Assembly (NCBI GenBank): GCA_963924565.1
Contig: OZ004609.1
Coordinates: 22,072,001-22,136,000 of the forward strand
DNA from: Ascidiella aspersa
Lineage: Eukaryota
DNA: 64,000 bases
Direction: 5' to 3'
Positions within the stretch are counted from its first letter, which is position 1; every line of letters starts with the position of its first letter. The translations under genes were made by a program, and so were the position numbers. This document shows, piece by piece, positions 12,114 through 25,166 of this stretch. The notes under the pieces are model-generated. The model was given only the letters and a program-made list of their open reading frames with translations. It did no database searches and was not told where the DNA came from.

Positions 12114-14325
12114 ATGTCTTCCAACGGGCTTGTTACAAGATCTGTTAATCAGCCCACCGGTGAACTTCGCCAAAAACAATTCAATGGTACCACGAATGTC
12201 ACCAAAATCCAAAGCACTGCCCCACAAAGGGCTGTTTTGGGTGCCTTAAATCAAAACACCGTTTCTGGAAGGGTTCAGCCATTTCGAGCGGCTAAGCAGG
12301 TGTTTATTATTCTTTCTTAAGACTAAATACATTTGCATCCATTTTTAATACTGATTTACTGCATAAATACATAAAATTAACTCTTGATGCATTGCTTGTT
12401 AGAATGGAACTACAGAGGGATTTTTTAGTGTTCAGCATGCTGCCACAGGCCCCATCGCCAAACCAGGATCGCAATGTTTTAAGGTATATTTACTATGAAA
12501 CCTTATATGCAGTTATTCACTTTGTGGATTTTTTGAGCGTTTATCAAGTTCAATCTTTTAAAATTTTATTTATTTAAAGATATTCGATGAATCAAGAGAT
12601 CTCAAAACCCAGAAACCAAGAACTGAGAATGTTCCTTCAATAGCTTCTTCTTCACAGTTGCACCCAGCCCTCACAACCTTGCCCTCACTAAGAGTGCCCT
12701 TATCCAGCCTTAACAATGACATTTCAATTCGATCAGCAGGTAATTTTTGTAAGAAATTACGTAATATTTTAATTTAAGTGCAGATTACAAGATTTAACTT
12801 AAAAAATGATTGATTTTCAGATTCTCCAATGGTCGTGGACTGTGCTGATGATGAGAGACTAAACATCTTTGACATTGATGCTGATGCTGGTGTATATGGG
12901 TTGTCTGAATACGCTACTGAAATTTTCCAACATTTAAGAGAAGCGGAGGTATATTAGTTTTGATTTCTTTTTTATTAACACATCCTAAAACTTTGTCAAA
13001 ACTTACGGCAACTAAATTTGTAAATGTGTAGACTAATTTTGTTCTAATATTTATTCTACAGGAACTCCACTTTCAGTTGACTTAAAATTAATATAATTTT
13101 GTTTTGCAGAAATTGCACAGGCCAAAGAACAACTACATGCGTAAGCAGCAAGATATTACATCTGGCATGAGATCGATACTAGTAGACTGGCTAGTTGAGG
13201 TCGCTGATGAGTACAAGCTTCACACAGAGACGACGCATCTTGCTGTAAACTATATTGACAGATTCTTGTCTCACATGGCTGTCCTCAGAGGAAAACTGCA
13301 GTTGGTTGGAGCTGCAGCTATGTTTCTTGCAGCGTAAGTATACACAGTGAAGGCTTATGGAAACTGTTAAAAAGGTGGTTAAGAACCGCCTGTGACTCGA
13401 GAGCAGCGTTAGAGAATGACTGCACTAAACATCCCTCAATGTAAACAGTCCGAAATATTTTAGCATTTATGTAGTCGAAATAATCAAATCATCAATAGCC
13501 TGTTACGAAGTGTTTTTTTCGAAAGATACTTTAGATTCCTTACTGTTAAACATCACTTTGGATCACTCAACCTTTTGTGAAAGATGTCTTGCTTATTTAC
13601 AGAAAATTTGAAGAGATCTACCCCCCAGATGTGAGTGAGTTTGTCTACATCACTGACGACACTTACACTAAACGTCAGGTGCTCAGAATGGAACACCTAA
13701 TCCTTAAAGTTTTAAATTTTGATGTTGCTGTCCCAACCTCTAATCAGTACTTGAAGCGTTACCTGAAGGCTGCTGGTGCCGACAAGAAAACCGAATTTTT
13801 GGCGCAGGTGAGAATTAATAATTTTCATTTAAAGCTAAAATAGTAGGATTCAGATTTGTTAATTCCAATATTGCTTGTTTTCAGTATCTTTGTGAACTTG
13901 CTCTCGTTGAATTCGATTGCATCCAATACCTGCCTTCCATGACTGCCGCTTCCGCCGTTTGCCTTGCAAGCTATATTGTTAATGGCAAAATTTGGGTAAA
14001 CAAATGTCTTCTGTTTTAATGGCATGTAGCTAAATCATTGGTATTTATAAACCGTAACTAGTTATTCTTGGTTGGTTGTACACTAACTAAACGTTGTATT
14101 TATATACAGGACGAAACCATGGAGCACTACATGCAGTACGACCTCCAGGAACTGGTGCCTTGCATCCAGCGCCTCGGAGAGATATTCGCGGCCGCCGAAA
14201 AGCACCCACAGCAAGCGTTGCGCGAAAAGTACAAGGACGCAAAGTACGACTGCGTGTCCAAGCTCCAGCCGCCCACCTCCCTCCCCTTTGACGTCATGGA
14301 CGCCGACGCGACGGAGGAATGCTGA
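12114..14325 (+). CDS. CCNA: cyclin A (G2/mitotic A-type cyclin), 8 coding exons
   Basis: Exons 12114-12299, 12403-12483, 12580-12739, 12821-12948, 13110-13333, 13603-13807, 13885-13995, 14110-14325. D-box [10 protein letters not shown]; cyclin box [18 protein letters not shown]...NYIDRFLS; KFEEIYPP; [10 protein letters not shown]. Confidence 0.96.
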
Positions 14326-15312
14326 CCCTGAAAATCCTCACGGAGATTTTGGAATTTCGGTTATCGGTACCAAACAAAGTTCACACACACGCGAATAGAC
14401 CTGGGGGTTGCGAGCCACGGTGTTCCCCCTCCCCCATTTTATCGGAATTGCAAAATACGAAGCGCGAAATCTTTGGTTGATCCTGTTTTTTACGAACCGC
14501 TTTTATCACTGCCATATTTTAATCCGCGCATAATGTGCGACAGCGAGCGTCCCGAAAGTGTTTTTATACGGAAGTATGTCCGCTCGGCACGCGAGATGAA
14601 ACTTAACCAAATGTCGAACTGTGATTGTTCTTTTGATGTACGTGTTCGTCATTCTTGACCGTAAGGTCTTTCTAAACTTTCCCAAAAAATCTTTGACCGT
14701 AAATGTTCGTGCCGCCTTTTGTTGGTCCATATATGTCGAAATCAAGCCAGGCTTGTGTGTATTTTATCGTGGCCAACTTTTCAATTCAATTTTATCATGA
14801 CCGAAACAAACCAGTTCTCTATAACTTTGCTTTAGATTCCCGCATATGCCCCCCCAGTTGCAAAGGGGAGTAAGCACAAAAACACGTCGTGTTGCCGTTA
14901 TGCTTTATTATTTTAGGACGTTGAGTTATATTTATCCTGTTAATTTTGCTTTTACTCGGTTTTAAGCTTTCGATTTTACAATACATTCGGGCTCTGCCGC
15001 AAACTAAATCTGCCTTTGTGAAGTATTATTTTGTATTTCCTAATAATAAGCAAGTTTTGCGAAGTCCTCGGAACTGCTCAAAACTACTATCCATTAGTAT
15101 TAAAGACTGTCGCTATTTGGTTAAATGTGTTCGGAGGTAATTGCACAACGGATCTGAAGAAGATTAAGGTAGTTTATTCAAAAATAAAATACTCTTGGTT
15201 GTCTTTCAAAGCTCTTAAATAGGTTAGGAATATAGCATATGTAAAAAGTTATAAAAAAAAATGCTTGTTAATAGGTAATTTCGCTCGGCGCAAATGTTCT
15301 GTACACGACCGT

Positions 15313-18300
15313 TTAAAACCACCTTTTCATAACTTCAGTTTTCCCCTGTTTCCACAATGTTTTAATCAAGTGCGGACACTTGGCAGTTTGTGCAACATAC
15401 ACGGCCGTGTTGTCTGGATCTTCAACGCAGTTGTAAATTGACATTACGTATGAGGTCACTATTCTTCCAAATACGCACGCGAACAGCGCATCTCTTTCAT
15501 GGACTGTTAAGGGATGTACATCTTGATATCCAATCAGCAACTCCCTGGAAACAGTATGGTGGTCTGCGTCACTCGCAGCGGCCCTCATCATCATGTACGC
15601 CATGCAAATTGAAATCTCAAACATAGTGTAGCCATAATGTGCATCCTCGAAATCAATTAAACCCATCGCCTCAACGATATCTTTACTGTCCAAAAGTTTT
15701 GTGGATGCGGCATGCTTGTCACGCAAAACCACGTTGGAATCACTGAAGTCGTTTTGAATGAAACCTGGTTTAAAATTTAGCGTAAATGTTACTAAAATTA
15801 TATGCAGTTTAAATGTGATATAATACTGGTAAAGAAAAATCATACAGGTGTTTCAAATAGGCAAGTTGTCTACCTGATGGAGTACTATTACCGGTGGGAT
15901 TTTAGAAGTGCGCGTTCGGTTTTATTTCCAAAATAAAATAATTCTTTGTTTCGTTCCTGATAACGAGTTAAATCGGCGAAAGGGTCACGTTATCAACAGT
16001 CCTATAGGCCTTCAGAAATTAATTAAAAAGTATAGAACCGTACAACACATTTTTACGATTGGTATGGAAAACAAAAATGCCTGAAAGACAAAAGTTATCT
16101 ATAGTGTTTAGTGACTGATTACCTCGTCGGAGTAAATGTAAGCGGTCCGTTATGTCACTTCGAAACATTTCAAGATAATCTTTGACGATATTTTGAATTT
16201 GCGCATCTTTTAAGTGATGTGTGTATCTGACTATTTCCGTTGAATATTCTACTCGCCAAACCACGTCATCACGATATTCTGTTGGGTCATCATCCTGGAC
16301 ACTTCCAATTGTCTGTTAGAATGGTCATATTTGTTTGTTTAAGGTTGTTTTTAAGGGGTCTTTTATTATAAAGAAAAAATATTAATCTATTTGACAAATC
16401 GCATATTGTAAGTTATTTGTAGGGGCTGTTAAACATGTTGTATTTTTTTCTTGGCATATGACTTTTTGTGTTTTTTTGTGGCGTACCATACGTCCCGGTT
16501 TAGCCGGGACAGTCCCGATTTTACGGCTTTGTCTTCGTGCCCCGCCCGGTTAACCAATTTGTCCCGGAATTTTCAAGATGATATTTACCAAAAAAAAATT
16601 AAAAATGTAAAAACTCTTGAGTTAGCCACTTAAGCAATTCTTTCTCAAAACTAAGTGATACTTTTTACTTTTCATTTTTGGTTATTAAGGCTGTCAAGCA
16701 GTTTTTTTAACATAAATTAATTATGTTTCCAGCGGGTGTTAAGAAATATTTTCAGGGGGTGAGGTTGCTGGGGTTAGTTTATTTTTTGTGTATGGTGGGT
16801 AAAAATTAAATGGATATTATCCGGCGAGTATTGGGAGATTTCTTTTTTTTTGCAAGTGGGTAAAATGGAAAGAAGTCGTGTGCTCCTAGACAGAAAAATT
16901 ACAACTTAAAGTTTAACGCTTGTTAGTAATTCTTTTTCAGCATTACAAATAAAATTAAAGTCATAACATACTGATTGCCTTAATAAAAGTAAGATTTAAT
17001 TATTCCAACTTAAGACTTATATGTTTAAAAACTTTTGATGTCTGTTACCGCGCAAAATTTAGGTAGAGTTAGCAAAATTTCGGATTTTGCGACGGTTTTA
17101 ATAGTAACCAATTTTTTTTTAATAGTAACCAAAACTTTAATCGCAATTACCTGCGTGGAAATAAAAATCAAATTAGGTATATTGCCTTAATTAAAATTAA
17201 CTACTTGTATGTTTAAGAACTTCTTTAGGTATGTTACCACACAAAATTTAAGTAAAGTTCGCAAAACATCGCATTTAATGCGGCGGTTGTAATCGTAACC
17301 AGTTTTCAGTATTAAACGAGATTTTACTTACGTTGAACGCAGTATGGTATCAGTATTACGTATTTGCATGAATATCACGCAATGTCAACAATGGCTGCTT
17401 CAACGTAAGGTTTTACGTTAGTGAGTGGTTCCCTATCGATATATGTCACTGGTTTTCGTTACGAAAAAGATGTTTGACGTGCTTCGCCGTTGGGTATTTA
17501 GTCGTTTCATTTTGAATAAGCACACGTTATTTGCAATTTGTTTTAACAAAATATAAAATTATAGTTTGTGAGGACGAACAATTAGATGTTTTACAATCAC
17601 GCAGATAAATGCGATAATTTATAACACGCCATCCGATGTTTAACGATGGCAAGCCTCGTTAAACATGATGTTACTGTAGAGCAGGGGTGGGCAACATTTT
17701 TCCATACGCGGACCAAAAGCAATGTCAGCAAGCTCTCGATAATTTTTGCGCAATTTCGGTTAAAGCGTTTCTTTTACTTGAACTGCCTTTCTTTGCTCAT
17801 ATATCTGTTGTCGATTTAAAAATTTTAGTTGGTGCCCCACCGATTTTTTTAGGTCATTTGGTTTGCCACTAGGGAAAAAAGGTTGCGGAGAACTTAACAG
17901 TGGAATAGGTTTATAACCATTGAAGAAGTAGTTCACATGGTTATAATTATTAGGATTGGTTATCAGCAAGATTTCTCAAGAAAGCAACACGAGCAATGTA
18001 TTTTATTAATAAATAAGATTCAAACTTATTTATGCCAATGTCGAGAGAGTTGAACCACCAAAGCTTCGTTTTTATACTTACGCTTAATATTCGGTTAGCC
18101 GTGGAAAAAACGTTAAGAAACACTAATCAATATCAATGTCTAAAATAATAATCAGCCAAAAATAATACAACTTACGCCTAGTACTTCGGTAAAAATTCCA
18201 CAAAAACGTCCAACATTTCTAGATATGATCAGAAATTCGTTTGTCGTGAGTTTGGTTTCAAATACAGTTTTTCCTTCCACAAACTCGAAAACCTGGGTTT

Positions 18301-20275
18301 GAATTTCTTTTGAACATTCACCTAAAATAAATGTTATCCAGCAACTATCCGCACAATGTCGATTGTATTTACTTACCTACGAAAAGTTTTGGACTCAATT
18401 TCCCCGTTAAACTTAAAAGAAATCCAGGCACTGCGATGTTGTGAGCCTTGCATTGACTTAACACCAACATTACAGCATCTAAAAACAATTCTCAATTTAC
18501 TGCATATTATTCCCAAAGTTAAATTATGACCTAAATTCCATGTTAAAGTAATGTCTTTCAAATAAGTTTGCAAATGATTGGATAAAAAAGTATCATATCA
18601 TGTATGTTAAAAGTGATATAAATTTTTTATTTGATTTGGATGTGCCATGAAAATATTTAGCTGCGAGGAAAAAACATTTTCAGTTGCAACTAAAGTTTGA
18701 TTTTAATTTATCAAAAGAAAGTGGTGACAAAACAAAACAATGCATTCATTTTATTGAAAAAAACAAAGGTTTAACTAAGAAGTGGACTTACAACGCGCAA
18801 AGCTCGTGATTGATCTTCGCACATTATACCCTATTTTTTAGCGCGGGCCGCATGAGAAACTTAAAATGTTGTGGTGAGCCGGGTCGAAAATATGATTTCA
18901 AATACACCAAAATACAAGATTTTTTGTAGCGTATATGGTTATGTCGATGCAAAAATTTCAAGTCATCGCTTTGTTTAACATCAATATTTATTACAATTTT
19001 TAAACGTTGTGATCACGCACGCTAAAATTGTCCACACCCTTTCTGCAGAAGAAATGCTGTGCATGATACACATGTATTGGTAGTGTGCGTACAAAAAATA
19101 AAATACTTTGTTACTACATCCGAAAGGCCAAGGCTTCAAAAATACGTTGCAATATTTGCTAATACTTGTTTTGCCAATACTTAAGGTCTCCAAATGGAGG
19201 CGTGGGTTCGAATCCCACTTCTCACAACATGTAGTATTACTGGCAGGGTACGTGAAACACAGCGACGTATTAGATCACAAGTAATGAATAACGCAGTAGG
19301 CTACTGCAAGAATCGCGGTTATATACAGGCACAACAATACGTCATAAAGGTCGCACACAACAATCCTATACAACACAGTATTAGATAAAACAACTCTACA
19401 ATACTTACTGTCGTTTAAAGGATTGAACGTTTTTATTTTTAACACGTAAGCATCACCCAGGCTATTTTGCTGGTTACCGTCTGGGGTTTTACCTTGAAGC
19501 AATAAAGTGTTGTTTTCTTATTTTTATACACACATCTTCAGTATTTCCGCGATAAGCCAAATCAGCAAATATTTACACAAATTGTGTACTGCGATGGTAT
19601 AAGAAATACTAAAGATATATAAATAATCATTAATATATTAACAAGTGCAACTAAAAATATATTTTGATGATTCGCAATAGGGATGTCCGATAGGTATTTG
19701 TAAAAGTTCCGTTGAAATGATTTTATAGCGAAACAAATATTTAAAATTTAGACATTCATAGAATTAGTGTGGTATTTAGTCAGCCGCTATCATCTAACAA
19801 TCTATATATGAGGGGTTATTAAACTGGGGGCACGACCAAAAAAATGTAATATGTATTTGTTATCAAATTTAAAAACACGAACGTTTTCAAAACTATATTT
19901 AATTGTGACTGGCGCATTTTATTTTATTCCAATCACTTAATCTATTCTCCCCAGTGATATGAATCTTTCCCCCCGTTTTTAACGATTACAGTGCCATGAA
20001 TGTGAAACGACAGTTACTATAGGGGTATAAGCTATACCGAACAGTGCGTTGTCGGATTTAGAACTAACGTGTAAAGTCAAAATATAATCGCATTAACTAT
20101 TATCCTAAATGTGCTTTATTTCTGTAACATACTAACTTGTAGTTTTTTCATTACATTGGAAATAGTAATTGACATCGGCATATCCACCCAAACGGGATAA
20201 ATTGTCAGCCTCAATTCCGTATAATGATTTTATAACATCTTTAATGGTGGGTTCCGAAAAGCTCCTGCAAGTCAT
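15313..20275 (-). CDS. hydroxylysine kinase-like / aminoglycoside phosphotransferase (APH/ChoK) family kinase, about 370 aa, 6 coding exons
   Basis: Exons (minus) 20275-20137, 19492-19409, 18478-18377, 18321-18176, 16312-16123, 15764-15313; phases are consistent, 1113 nt total. Motifs LGGYADVNY, YVLKI, FEFVEGK, IQNDFSDSNVV and GLIDFED match the HYKK/AGPHD1 layout. Confidence 0.88.
19173..19226 (+). pseudogene. 3' half of a tRNA-Leu(CAA)-like sequence inside a HYKK-like intron
   Basis: ggtctccaaatggaggcgtgggttcgaatcccacttctcaca matches the variable arm, T arm and 3' acceptor strand of eukaryotic tRNA-Leu(CAA). The 5' acceptor strand and D arm are missing. Confidence 0.7.
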
Positions 20276-22229
20276 TGTATTCAACACATTCTCTACAGCT
20301 TATCCTTCTTTTATCTGACACCTAACACAAGCAAAAAAACAATAACTGTTCTCGATGAGGAGATTAATTAAGCAAAAACGCGTGCGTTAAATATATTACA
20401 GCTCGCCTGGTACTAATGACAATACTGCTAATTCAAACACTTTCGGTTCACAGACGGTAACACTTAACTATGTTTATCGTTAGTTTTAAACAAAGCAAAG
20501 CACAGAAGGAAAAACATTTAACTTCGCAAACAAATTTAGGAACCAATGCCTGTTTTTACCCGGCTAGTCGCTCAGCAGTGAAAACTGCCAGCGGTTACCA
20601 ACGACAAGAAAACTTTATCAGTCTACTAATGCTAGGCTAAATATCCTATATAGTGGGCCATGAAGGCCCCATTTCGTAAAATAACTACACGTTTGTTATC
20701 TATAGGCTCTGATAAAACATCCAAATTCGATTTAGATCGCTTTGACTACAATAAAATTCTAATATAATGTTAGGCATTTCAATTATAGGCGAAATATAAT
20801 CTAGGTTAGTTCTAACACGGTATGGTGTAGGCCGAACATTTGTAATTGCACTGTACACAACACAAAGCTCTACAAACCTATTTGCGCTGTCCACACATTG
20901 TGCGATAACGAGCTGCTGTTGTCTTGAAAACTAGCTGTAGTTATCGTTGAAAACTAGCTATCGTTGTCACGATAATTCCTGAAAAATTGCTTTCAAACTT
21001 AGCAATTTCCGGTCGTGTATTTAGTACCATCACACAGATGTCAAAAACGGCAAAGGGCCCCCGATAAATACAACATAGGTTAGTTTTCATACTGAAAATA
21101 GTATAAAAAATATTTATGTCTAGCTACCCATTTTCTTATGTTTAAACAGGTTACTCGCAAAATGCGTACTTTTAGGTTATTTGTATGCAAAGTTTTACCA
21201 CTTTCAGCATTTTTTTTTAGGAAATTTAGTTGTTTTTAAAGCTTTCAAAACAACAAATTGAGAACTGGTGTATTTATAACATACATTCATCGCACTGCGA
21301 AAGAAAATTAAGCAATCTACTCAGCAGGTCTGTGATGTGTTACTAACATTATAAGGCCATGGCACTAAACCAAATTAGTTTGCCTAATTTGAGTGTATAA
21401 ATAAGATTTTTAGAGCTCATAACGAAACGATACATTGTTCAATCCTTTTTCTACTCTGTTCCTCTTTTTTTTTATTTTTTTTAATTTTTTGTTGTGCCCA
21501 TGTTACATTGGTGTATTATTATCCTTAACAAGACAGTGCACCGGTTTTAAAGATGTATGCGGCCAATTTCCAGCTTCGCACATATATTTTAACATATTTA
21601 CCTGAAAACCATCATCATAATGGTCTGTCTGTAAATTAAAAGCAGTATTTTACAACATAATGTAGGCGACCATGACTAACAGATGTCCCCGTATATACAA
21701 GGGAACTATTTGTTTCTAACTGAACTCCACTACAAATTAACACGCGAATATACCGAAACAACGTAGGGTTTTAACGCAAGCAAACTGTTACCGTATTTCC
21801 GGGACGTAGGCCTACATATGTCGTACTTCCAAAATACTGAAAATAAAACTGCATAGAGCAGCCAACAGCGGTGCACGGTTAGCAAATAACTTTACAATGT
21901 AATAAAAGGCACGATCTCGTAAAAGTTATAGGTAGATTTTACTAAAGGCTAACTAGTTCGCTCGTTTATATTAAAACAGTGCTTGCCACGAACTACTGTT
22001 GTGAACACGATGCTATAAATTGAGTGGGCAATTTTTTTAGCAAAGCGGGTGGCGTTATAAAATGAACAGTTCAAAGAGCCGTATAAAACCGGTAAAAGTT
22101 TGTTATATGGAATAAAGTATATTTTTTAACCATCACGTAAGGTCGGGCTCTAAAGGCCACAACTGAAAAAAATGTGGTAACAAAAGATGAATATTATGAA
22201 CTTTTTATATGGTTTGGTTCTTTGAAGCA

Positions 22230-23314
22230 ACGAAACTGCAATACTTTACATGGTGCAGAGACGTAGTCATCCTGTCTCATCGATGCACGACGATACGACA
22301 AAATAAGTTTCAATTTGCTGAACGACCGCTCACAGCTTGCGATTAAAGCTGCTGATTGTTAACAGAATTTGTAGTTAAATTTGCCGATTCCAAAATGCGT
22401 CATCGCCATAAAACACAACAAAACCAAGAAACTTTAAAAGTTCGGTTACTGAGCAGCATTCTGCAAACACCAATTTCGAAGAAAAATTCGTTGCTATTGA
22501 TGTTCGTGTCGTAGAAAAAGCAACAATACCGACGCATTGCATCCTCATCTGTTTTAGATAGAAGAGTCTTAACGTCCAGCAAAAATCCAAATTTATTGTT
22601 CAGGTATTTTAGTAGTGATCAACGTGTTGGCATCTCATGTTGAACCCAAACAAATGTATTCTTTATAACGCGCACAAGTTCTTCTGCTGATGAAACTCAT
22701 ACTCTTTCCAGTTATCAAGGCATTCTCTTACGTTGCCTTATTCGTGTGTTCACCTCCATCCCACAGACCGAGCATTTTTGTTTTGGCCTTTTTTCAGCAG
22801 CTTGGCTTAAACCATTACGAAGGGAGACAAATTATTGCTCCAAAGATTCAATATCAGTTGCGGTTTACTTGAAATTCATTGTAGGATCCTGTAGGCGCTT
22901 CTGTACCCGATCGTTTTTTGCCAAGAACCGCATTTAAGAATCGTAATAAAACTATACAATTAAAATTTAATACGCAGGCCTGTAACTGATGTGCACCACT
23001 TTCTAGTTTCAGGTGTCATAGTTGAGTCCTCCGATAATTTTTCTAGCAGTCCTATGACTAGTTCATCCAGTCCTTCATGGTGAGCTTTAACACTCAAGCG
23101 TGTTTCGGACTCTCGTTACTGTTATCGAAAAAGCTCTTTTTGACTCTTCTCAACAATTTGTTGAATGAGAGAAAAAGGAATATATACAGCGCCTTAAAAA
23201 ATGTGACGACAACTGGATCTTGCTTATAGCTGAGAGTAGACCCTACTTCTGCTAAATTTAATATGTGGTTATTACAAATGTATAAGATAAAAATTGGCAC
23301 GCCGATCGTCATTA

Positions 23315-23315
<1 letters not shown>
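22230..23315 (-). pseudogene. decayed hAT transposase
   Basis: Frameshifted pieces read CNNHILNL (CxxHxLNL motif), VVVTFFKALYIF, VLGKNDRVQKRLQ and LQILLTIS..IASCERSFSKLKLI (hAT C-terminal dimerisation motif); multiple stops. Confidence 0.85.
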
Positions 23316-23348
<33 letters not shown>

Positions 23349-23390
23349 TAATGACGATCGGCGTGCCAATTTTTATCTTATACATTTGTA
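23273..23390. repeat. near-perfect 118-bp palindrome around a (TA)n core
   Basis: tacaaatgtataagataaaaattggcacgccgatcgtcattaa-(TA-rich)-ttaatgacgatcggcgtgccaatttttatcttatacatttgta. Confidence 0.95.
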
Positions 23391-25166
23391 TATATATACA
23401 TATATATATATATACAGCATACAGCCTACCTTCTGAGTTTAGGCGTCTTCACGTATTTGTTTATTGAAATAGCAAAGTGCCTTCCATTTTCAACACTCGT
23501 TCAACACGTCTAGGCGAAACCAGCTGCACGCAGAATCAGTATCGTGGCTGCTGGCTGCAGTGGTTGGCTGGCAACAGCAACTGACTGTTCAGGCGAATTA
23601 GATGACGTCTAGTAAAAGCGCTGCTGCGATCTTGCTTTTGGCCTTTTTTACCCTTGTTGTGAAAATTTTGGCTCATTTGGCGCCCCTGTACCTTGGAGCC
23701 CGGGGACATATGTAGGCTGCCCCACCGCATTACTGTACTCTTGAAATGTCAGAGAGCCGCCTGTGGTTCGCGAGCGGCAGTTTTCCTTAAATGGTTTCTC
23801 ATAGGCTTGATTGGATGCTTAAACGCGAGGTCTGATCTGATGTAGATATAGTCCCGAAAGGAATGTTAGCTAGTATAATGCCATATGAAAATTCGTTGTA
23901 GGTCTGTGAAAATCGCGTGGAAACCCCTCAGCCTTGTGTGTTATTTACAGCAAGGTATTGGCCAGTCAAAGCATATGCCTAACAAGCTTAAAAATCAAGG
24001 ATATAGTGACTTATCTAATTAATTATATTATCGCCGTGTCACATGTCGTTGCGTGAACTTAGCCGTTGTGCGGTTTTCCATTCCTCCTATAGTGCCTTCA
24101 CGCCCGTCTCTCTCCTTTCTCTCGCCCCCCCCCCCTCTCTCTCTCTCTCCAGAGCAGACGAGTTTTGCTACAGGGCGTACGGCCGTGCGCTCTATTGAGT
24201 GCTAAGAAACCGGACTGGTGAATTAATAGTATTTAGTCGATGTCAGTAACCTTCTGATAGGAATCAGATATAAGGAGTGTTAGGAACCTAATATATAACA
24301 AAATATGACCGCCGGGTGGCGGACGATCGTCGCCGGTCGCATATGTTTGCCGGTCGGTCGCTGGAAGGTGATCTTAAAGAGGCAGACAGAGCATCGTCAT
24401 CGTCGCCAAACAAAAGGAGCGCAGAAGTCACACTGTGCACATTTTTCTTGTCAACTTCCTTTATGTTGACCAGGCAAAAATAACAGTAAGTCACATGATC
24501 TCACCTTTAAACACGTACGATACGGATTTTTCTTACCTTGTAGCCTACACATCCGCCAGTTGGTAGGCTACCGTCACCGGGTTAACGTGTTTACTTAAAT
24601 ATCACACCAGTCGAACAAATACTGCTACCACACGGGTCGTTTACTTAATTTACTTTAATTAAACATCAGGAAGCCTACAGGGATATCGTACAACAAACCT
24701 TCCAAGAAAACTTTATTAGTGGTGGAGGCCAAAGCCTAATGGTGGCTTACAATGTGTATAACCACGCAACATTTAGAAAGACTTCGCAAAATATTGCATT
24801 TATTGCAGCACAACGTTGCAGTTTGGTTTAATGTTCAATATACTAATATTTTTTTCTTCGGCTTAGCCGCTATAACCGACAGCGTCAGCAAGCTTACACA
24901 AGGCTGTACCACGCGAATTAGTGATTAAGTTGGCACAGTGCGTTCGCGCCTTTCCTTAAGTGACCTATTTCAAACACAAAACTTATTTTTAGGCTATATT
25001 TTAATTTTTCATCTTTATACACTGTTTGAACAAAATTCAAAAATAAGTGGGAATTTACGGTGACAAAGTATTAGATCTTTAGAGCCGCGCAGAAAAGTCA
25101 GGTAATTAAACATGCCATTCCATTGATGCCGCTTTTACACAGGCTGTGAGGTGGTACTCTGATTGA

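Noticed and set aside
17332-17455. Possible relic duplicate exon of the HYKK-like gene (minus: VTYIDREPLTNVKPY..., gtaagt donor)
   Set aside because: It has stops and no good acceptor; the real exon at 18321-18176 already supplies this segment; similarity is too weak.
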